DNA of 64,000 bases from positions 1 through 64,000 of IMG/VR virus record IMGVR_UViG_3300046096_000285, one strand, 5' to 3'. The position numbers and the translations under genes are program-made. The DNA is from a virus. Below the pieces are notes generated by a model. It ran no database searches, was not told the origin of the DNA, and saw nothing but the letters and a program-made list of their open reading frames with translations. Below, piece by piece: positions 58,255 through 64,000 of this stretch (the stretch's first letter is position 1; each line of letters starts with the position of its first letter).

Positions 58255-58438
58255 CCCTCTAGTAGTACTTTTGACCGTATTTTCAGCGATTGCGCTTATT
58301 CTCGTTTTGCTTTTTCTAGCAGCAGCGTTTATAGTGTCTATAACGCCATTTGGCGACTACGACAACGACCCTCACGGAGGATTGCTTCTAGATGGAGAAG
58401 ACTTTGACAATAAAGCTACAGCTTCACAGCGCCGATGA
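58241..58438 (+). CDS. small membrane protein
   Basis: long hydrophobic N-terminus. Confidence 0.6.
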   Translation: MPVFNPLVVLLTVFSAIALILVLLFLAAAFIVSITPFGDYDNDPHGGLLLDGEDFDNKATASQRR

Positions 58439-58673
58439 GCTAAGGGAGTCGCTCCCAACCAGCGGTGTATTCGACATGTTCGACTGCACAATCCGCATCA
58501 GCTATCCAATTGAGGCTACAACCGAAGAATTAGAGCGAATGGTTACGATTCTTGAGTCTGTAATCAACGTTCAGCGTCTAGAGACCCAGATTAATCTCGA
58601 AGACAATGAGTTCCGCTTCGAAATCACCGAGGTTCCAGCAGATTTCACCCGCAACCGCCGCAAGTTTACTTAA
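58392..58673 (+). CDS. hypothetical protein
   Basis: GGAGG RBS. Confidence 0.65.
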   Translation: MEKTLTIKLQLHSADELRESLPTSGVFDMFDCTIRISYPIEATTEELERMVTILESVINVQRLETQINLEDNEFRFEITEVPADFTRNRRKFT

Positions 58674-58735
58674 TTTGACATCCACCAACCCACCAGATAC
58701 ACTTCAAGTACCAAATAACGACAAAGGACCACGAA

Positions 58736-59329
58736 ATGACTACCGAAATCAACTACGTTAAGAAGAATCAAGAGCTTCCAGCTGAAATCAAGGAAGTTTT
58801 TGACACTCTTGTTTCAAACGAAGGTCGCGATCGCCTCATTCGAGAGCTCCGCCACAAGCAGTGGACCCTTGAGGCTATTGCAGTAGCCTCTGGACTCACC
58901 CGAGAGCGTGTTCGACAGATCTCTAAGCTAACTCCGGAGGCCCCAGAGCCGGATATCTCAGAGATTATCGACATTCCTACTCCGCCAATCAAGGCAGAGC
59001 GTCCAAAGCCGGTTTACATTGAGCCATCAGAGAAGGTTCTTGCTCGGCTTCTAGAGCTTCAGCCTTACGCACAGCTAGTTCGCTCCAATGGAATCAAGTA
59101 CCGCGCAGAAGCAGAGGAATATACCTCGCTACTGAACTACGCACACACTGTTGAGGGTGTAACCCTCTACCGTTTGGCAAAGCGTCTCGGCGTAACTCAC
59201 GGTGCACTACGTTTCCGCCTTGTCCGCTACGGCTACAAGACTCCAGTTACTGCTACCTCTAAGGTTTACACTCCAATTGTTGCCGAGAACCGCGCCAAGG
59301 AGTATGACTGGGAAGCACTAGTTAAGTGA
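58736..59329 (+). CDS. double-HTH DNA-binding protein
   Basis: WTLEAIA...LTRERVRQI and VTLYRLAKRLGVTHGAL; promoter TTGACA-17-TACACT. Confidence 0.8.
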   Translation: MTTEINYVKKNQELPAEIKEVFDTLVSNEGRDRLIRELRHKQWTLEAIAVASGLTRERVRQISKLTPEAPEPDISEIIDIPTPPIKAERPKPVYIEPSEKVLARLLELQPYAQLVRSNGIKYRAEAEEYTSLLNYAHTVEGVTLYRLAKRLGVTHGALRFRLVRYGYKTPVTATSKVYTPIVAENRAKEYDWEALVK

Positions 59330-59511
59330 TGCCACTACGTCTACCAGGATTCCGACACTATAACTTGCGTAAGCAGGGAAATAGGACCGTTTACTACGGA
59401 ATCCTATTAGACGCTTTCAAAACTACCAAGCAGACCAAGCGCTACTACACGCTAGACATCTATCTCGGACATCACCTTTACGTTGTGTTCTGGGGAAACA
59501 GGGTAAACTAG
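59326..59511 (+). CDS. hypothetical protein
   Basis: coupled ORF. Confidence 0.5.
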   Translation: MMPLRLPGFRHYNLRKQGNRTVYYGILLDAFKTTKQTKRYYTLDIYLGHHLYVVFWGNRVN

Positions 59512-59515
59512 GCAC

Positions 59516-61957
59516 ATGGGTAAATCAATTATGGAGATCCTTGCCGCTCTCCCGCCAGAAGAGCGCGAAGAAGCACTGCAAGGCATGGATCCAGAACAGC
59601 TTCTCTGGGACTGGTCTGTTTGGGGTCGTCCCGAGCAGCAAGCTCCTGAAGGCGACTGGAACATCTGGCTCGTCTTAGCCGGACGTGGGTTTGGAAAAGC
59701 TTTAGACGTAAACACGCCAGTGCCGACCCCTATCGGTTGGTCAACGATGGGCGAATTGCGCCCAGGTGATCGTGTCCTAGGTGCGGATGGTAAACCGACA
59801 ATGGTAACATTCCATACTGGTGAACAATTCAACCGCACCTGCTACCGCATAACCTTTAGCGATGGGGCTCAAGTAGTTGCTGATGCGGACCACCAGTGGA
59901 CTGCCCGCGCCCGCAAAGATCGACGAGCTGCGCGAGAGTATCGTACTGTAACCACTCAGCAAATGCTCGACGAGGGCTTAACCATTGGTCAGGCTAATCC
60001 TGAAGCCAACTGGCAAATGCCGATCAATAAAGCATTGCACCTACCGGAAGTTGATTTACCAATCCACCCTTGGGTACTTGGCATATGGTTAGGCGATGGC
60101 TCGTCGTCAGCCGCTGAGGTGACTATGGGGCCAGAAGATATCGATGAGTTAAAAGCCTTAATGGCTGAAGTAGGCGAGCCTTTCAACGGTAAACCGCGCT
60201 CTAAAGATGGCAAAACTTGGACTATTGGATTTGGTCAACGCTCCATGCGTGAACGTGCTCAGTCAGCCCAAGCGAGGCTACGAACGCTTGACGTGCTGAA
60301 TAACAAACATATTCCAATGAGTTATTTGCGTGCTTCAGAGCAGCAACGCCGTGATCTGCTTGCCGGACTTATTGACTCAGATGGCCACTGCGACCGCTCA
60401 ACCGGAACTTTTGAAATAACAACCAACCGTGAAACACTGGCCTTAGATGTAGCTGAGCTAGTTCGCTCACTCGGATACCGCGCCAATATAGTTACTGGTA
60501 GAGCTACCATATACGGCAAAGATTGTGGCGCAAAGTATCGCATTACGTGGACAACCCGATCGGGCGGTGGCTGGCTAAAGCGTAAGCAGCTATCAGATCG
60601 CAACCACCTAGGACAGCCTAACCGAAGTACTACCCGCTATGTTCATAACATAGAGTTGGTAGAGTCACGCCCTGTCTGTTGCATCACCGTAGATAATGAT
60701 GATGAGCTCTATCTTGTCGGCGAAGAGATGCTAGTCACCCACAATACCCGTCTGGCTTCAGAGTGGGTTCGCGAACAAGCGAAGTACACTAATACTGGCC
60801 AACGCCGTTTCGCACTTGTTGCTCGTACTGCTGCTGACGTACGTGACGTTATCGTTGAAGGTGAGTCGGGCATTATGAATGTCACTCCGCCATCCGAGAA
60901 GCCCCTCTATGAGCCTTCGAAGCGTCGTCTAACTTGGCCTAACGGAAATACCGCCACACTGTTCACCGCTGATGAGCCTGACTCGCTTCGTGGCCCTCAG
61001 TTCACTCACGCATGGGGCGATGAGATCGCGGCTTGGCGTCAAACCCCGGATGCTGCGGGCATGACCGCGTTTGACAACCTCCGCGTTGGTACTCGTCTTG
61101 GTGCAAAGCCGAAGATTCTAGTTACCACCACCCCGAAGCGTACCCCCCTTCTCTACAAGCTCATTGAAGAAGCAGCCACCGGCCGAGTCTCCATCACCCG
61201 CGGTTCAACTATGGACAACGCCGGAAACCTTTCAGGTGCATACATGGACACCATGCTTGGCGTTTACGAGGGAACCTCTCTTGCTCGTCAGGAGCTCTAC
61301 GGTGAAATGCTTGAAGCCATGGAGGGTGCTCTCTGGACTGAAGAGTCTATTGAAGCTGGACGAGAGATCCAGTATCCTTTCTCTACACCTCTACGAGTAA
61401 TCGGCGTTGACCCGAGCGTTGCCGAGAACCCGCGAGATGAATGTGGAATCGTTGTTGTTGCCTCTACCGCAGATAATGATCTTTACAAGCGCAATGCTTG
61501 GGTACTAGAAGATGCTTCTGTACTCGGAAGCCCGGATGTCTGGGCAAATCAAGTTGTCAAGATGGCGAGGAAGTGGGGTTGCCCAGTTGTTGCAGAAGTT
61601 AACCAGGGCGGTGCGTTGGTTCGCAATGCCATCAATACCATTGACCCAACAATTAAAGTCCTTGAAGTCCACTCAAAGCAGGGTAAAGCGCTTCGGGCTG
61701 AGCCTATTACTCTTGCGTACGAGCAAGGGCGAGTCCACCATGTTGGTCATCTGGCTGATCTTGAGTCTCAGATGATCTCCTGGGTTCCAGGCGAAGGAAA
61801 GTCTCCTGACCGCGTCGATGCACTTGTTCACGCGCTCACTGCCCTACTAATCAAGCCACCTCCTGGGTTCACCGGTGGAAAGATCCGAGCTAAGTCTCTT
61901 TCTGACCGCCGCCTACCTGACACTCGCCTAGGCCGAGGAACATTCCGAGTACGATGA
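59516..61957 (+). CDS. terL: terminase large subunit, intein-containing
   Basis: Walker A AGRGFGK-(intein)-TR, LRGPQF..AWGDE, TTTP, nuclease GVDPS...AEVNQGG...SPDRVDA. Confidence 0.95.
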   Translation: MGKSIMEILAALPPEEREEALQGMDPEQLLWDWSVWGRPEQQAPEGDWNIWLVLAGRGFGKALDVNTPVPTPIGWSTMGELRPGDRVLGADGKPTMVTFHTGEQFNRTCYRITFSDGAQVVADADHQWTARARKDRRAAREYRTVTTQQMLDEGLTIGQANPEANWQMPINKALHLPEVDLPIHPWVLGIWLGDGSSSAAEVTMGPEDIDELKALMAEVGEPFNGKPRSKDGKTWTIGFGQRSMRERAQSAQARLRTLDVLNNKHIPMSYLRASEQQRRDLLAGLIDSDGHCDRSTGTFEITTNRETLALDVAELVRSLGYRANIVTGRATIYGKDCGAKYRITWTTRSGGGWLKRKQLSDRNHLGQPNRSTTRYVHNIELVESRPVCCITVDNDDELYLVGEEMLVTHNTRLASEWVREQAKYTNTGQRRFALVARTAADVRDVIVEGESGIMNVTPPSEKPLYEPSKRRLTWPNGNTATLFTADEPDSLRGPQFTHAWGDEIAAWRQTPDAAGMTAFDNLRVGTRLGAKPKILVTTTPKRTPLLYKLIEEAATGRVSITRGSTMDNAGNLSGAYMDTMLGVYEGTSLARQELYGEMLEAMEGALWTEESIEAGREIQYPFSTPLRVIGVDPSVAENPRDECGIVVVASTADNDLYKRNAWVLEDASVLGSPDVWANQVVKMARKWGCPVVAEVNQGGALVRNAINTIDPTIKVLEVHSKQGKALRAEPITLAYEQGRVHHVGHLADLESQMISWVPGEGKSPDRVDALVHALTALLIKPPPGFTGGKIRAKSLSDRRLPDTRLGRGTFRVR
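59699..60745 (+). mobile_element. class 3 intein with LAGLIDADG homing endonuclease (349 aa)
   Basis: begins Ala (ALDVNTP), ends HN before Thr; W (ADHQW), C (VCCITV), T (VTHN) triplet; LGIWLGDG and LAGLIDSDG. Confidence 0.93.
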
Positions 61958-62316
61958 AACTTATTAAAGATGTTTTCCCAGCTCACGTTGCTGTTGTTCC
62001 TGCCGGATTCACAGAGGATGTCACCGAGGTTCGCTCTATGCCGACTTCAGAGGGTGCCCATTATGTCGGGACGACTCGCGTTGTACTTACCTCTGACCTA
62101 ATTGTGATTGCAGCTGATGGCCCACAGGGTCCAGTAATCATATTCCGCGAACCCTACACCGAGCTCATTCCAGAAACCTCCAAGGGAGCTGACATGCGCA
62201 TTATCACAACCTCTGGAAAGATTGTTGCCTTCAAAAAAGACACCAACTGCGGATGCGGTTCTCGCTTGCGTAGCTGGAATCCAATTAAGACTCTCAGCTC
62301 TACCAAGGACGAGTAA
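61954..62316 (+). CDS. hypothetical protein
   Basis: coupled to terL; CGCGSRLRSW. Confidence 0.75.
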   Translation: MKLIKDVFPAHVAVVPAGFTEDVTEVRSMPTSEGAHYVGTTRVVLTSDLIVIAADGPQGPVIIFREPYTELIPETSKGADMRIITTSGKIVAFKKDTNCGCGSRLRSWNPIKTLSSTKDE

Positions 62317-62603
62317 TGCCAGTAGACCCGTTTACGTTTGTTCTGCTCACGCTAGCCACCTACCGCCTAACTAGGCTCTTTCTTCTTGACGAAATCTTCT
62401 CTCCACTGCGCGAGTTTATCTGGAAGAAGTTCCCACCCCACACAAAGCTAGGCTACCTATTCACCTGCTTCTGGTGCTTCGGTTTATGGGCGTCTATACT
62501 AGTAGTAGTGCTCTATTTACTGGTCCCGACATTTGCGTATGTGGTATCATTAGTACTATCTATCTCCGCACTTGTTGGGATAGTATCCTCTCGTATGGAT
62601 TGA
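62316..62603 (+). CDS. DUF1360-like membrane protein
   Basis: LATYRLTRL...D.IF.PLR...GYLFTCFWC.G.W. Confidence 0.8.
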   Translation: MPVDPFTFVLLTLATYRLTRLFLLDEIFSPLREFIWKKFPPHTKLGYLFTCFWCFGLWASILVVVLYLLVPTFAYVVSLVLSISALVGIVSSRMD

Positions 62604-62616
62604 CAGGGAGACCCTC

Positions 62617-64000
62617 TTGGGAATTTTTAAGCGTAGCTCCGCCCAGCAGCCAAAAGCTGCTAATCGCCAGCAAGGTCTTCGTGCCTCTGCTGCCCGTAAC
62701 GCTACTCAGGTAGGCCCTGGCATCTCAGTAGACTCGTTCGGTGTAATTCGTGCAGAACCTGCAGTCTTCTCTAGCCCACGCCCTCTAACTGCAGCTGCTG
62801 CTCAGATTAAGATTGGCGACAAGGGCGAGGCCGAGTCATTTAAATCTCGCCGCCAGTCTGCCTCTACCGCGTGGCAGTCAGAAGCGTGGGAGTACTACGA
62901 TGCAATTGGTGAAATTAAATATGCTTTTAACCTTGTGGCGTCTGTCGTATCGCGTATCCGACTTTACGCAGCTGTTCTAGACGATCCAGCCGAGGCTCCA
63001 GTCCCAGTTAACAAGTCAAAGAAGATCGAGGGCGACCTTGCAGCTGCTGCAGAGCGTGCCCTAGGCCGTCTTGACTCTGCCTATGGAGGCCAGGCTGGTC
63101 TTCTTAAGGACGCTGCCCTAAACCTCCAGGTTACTGGCGAGTGCTACCTTGTTCAGGTTCCAGAGCGTATCGGCTCTCAGCTCCCTGAATCATGGGACAT
63201 CCGCTCAGTTGATGAGCTTCAGGTTGACCAGAAGGGCAACTACATTATCAATGCCCGCCGTGGTGTTGGTGGCTCTTCTTCGATGAATGTCTCTAAGGAC
63301 ACCATCAAGCTTCCAAAGGATGCGTTCATTGGACGCGTATGGAAGGCTCACCCACGCTATAGCCAGGAGTCTGACAGCTCACTACGCGGCCTTCTAGACC
63401 TTTGTGCGGAACTACTACTCTTGAACCGTACTTTCCGTGCTACGGCCCGTTCTCGCCTCAATGCAGGTGCCCTCTACTTGCCAGACGGTCTATCAGTTGC
63501 TGCGTCTCCAGACCCAGATTATCCGTATGATGAAGATGGCGAATACAATGAGCAGTACAACATTGAAGAAGCTGCTGACGACTTTGAAGACCAGCTTATC
63601 GATGCGATGACCACTCCAATCAAGGATGAGGACTCAGCTTCTGCTGTTGTTCCTCTAATCATCCGCGGTCCTGCAGACCTTGGCGACAAGATCAAGCAGT
63701 TCAAGTTCGAGCGTTCATTTGACGACTCTCTTGTTGTTCGTGCTGACCGTGTTCTTGAGCGCATCATGCAGGGTCTAGACGTTCCTAAGGACGTTGTCTC
63801 TGGTATGGCTAACGTTAAGTACTCAAACGCTCTACAGATCGACGAGTCACTTTACAAGGCACACATTGAACCTCTAATGCTGCTCATTGTTGACGCGCTT
63901 ACTGTTGTCTACCTACGCCCTTACCTAATCGCTAATGGCTACGACAAGGCAGATGTTAACCGCCTCCACATTTGGTATGACCCATCGGCTGTTGCTACTC
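62617..64000 (+). CDS. portal protein (3' truncated by window end)
   Basis: TTG start after AGGGAG, open to window end; WQSEAWEYYDAIGEIKYA...SRIRLYAA typical of actinophage portals; downstream of terL. Confidence 0.85.
   Translation, partial: MGIFKRSSAQQPKAANRQQGLRASAARNATQVGPGISVDSFGVIRAEPAVFSSPRPLTAAAAQIKIGDKGEAESFKSRRQSASTAWQSEAWEYYDAIGEIKYAFNLVASVVSRIRLYAAVLDDPAEAPVPVNKSKKIEGDLAAAAERALGRLDSAYGGQAGLLKDAALNLQVTGECYLVQVPERIGSQLPESWDIRSVDELQVDQKGNYIINARRGVGGSSSMNVSKDTIKLPKDAFIGRVWKAHPRYSQESDSSLRGLLDLCAELLLLNRTFRATARSRLNAGALYLPDGLSVAASPDPDYPYDEDGEYNEQYNIEEAADDFEDQLIDAMTTPIKDEDSASAVVPLIIRGPADLGDKIKQFKFERSFDDSLVVRADRVLERIMQGLDVPKDVVSGMANVKYSNALQIDESLYKAHIEPLMLLIVDALTVVYLRPYLIANGYDKADVNRLHIWYDPSAVAT

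Overview
64-kb segment of a large lytic actinobacteriophage (host probably a freshwater Microbacteriaceae-type actinobacterium, inferred from nrdHIEF, WhiB, ClgR-like, DUF3039 and pervasive leaderless genes). Layout: 0.1-10.4 kb minus-strand Gly-rich/collagen tail-accessory genes with a duplicated three-gene unit; 10.5-27.7 kb nucleotide metabolism (nrdH/I/E/F, dut, thyX, dNMP kinase), WhiB, tmRNA, a tRNA cluster with two atypical tRNAs, HNH genes and small ORFs; 27.8-31.8 kb endolysin and a secreted Pro-rich protein; 31.8-32.4 kb AT-rich origin-like spacer; 32.4-38.3 kb HTH genes, TerS candidate, CHAP-like hydrolase; 38.4-56.4 kb an array of about 21-24 self-contained expression cassettes; 57.3-64 kb NlpC/P60, intein-containing TerL and portal (partial). 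The most striking system is the cassette array: terminator - invariant 13-mer TATTCATTTTTTC (22 perfect same-strand copies, helically phased to a sigma70-type promoter) - strong RBS - small gene(s). Several cassettes carry 3' hairpins whose loops are complementary to their own RBS. The block is almost free of GATC and contains a DnaA-box cluster next to a CCWGG cluster. All counts were made by eye and need computational confirmation.
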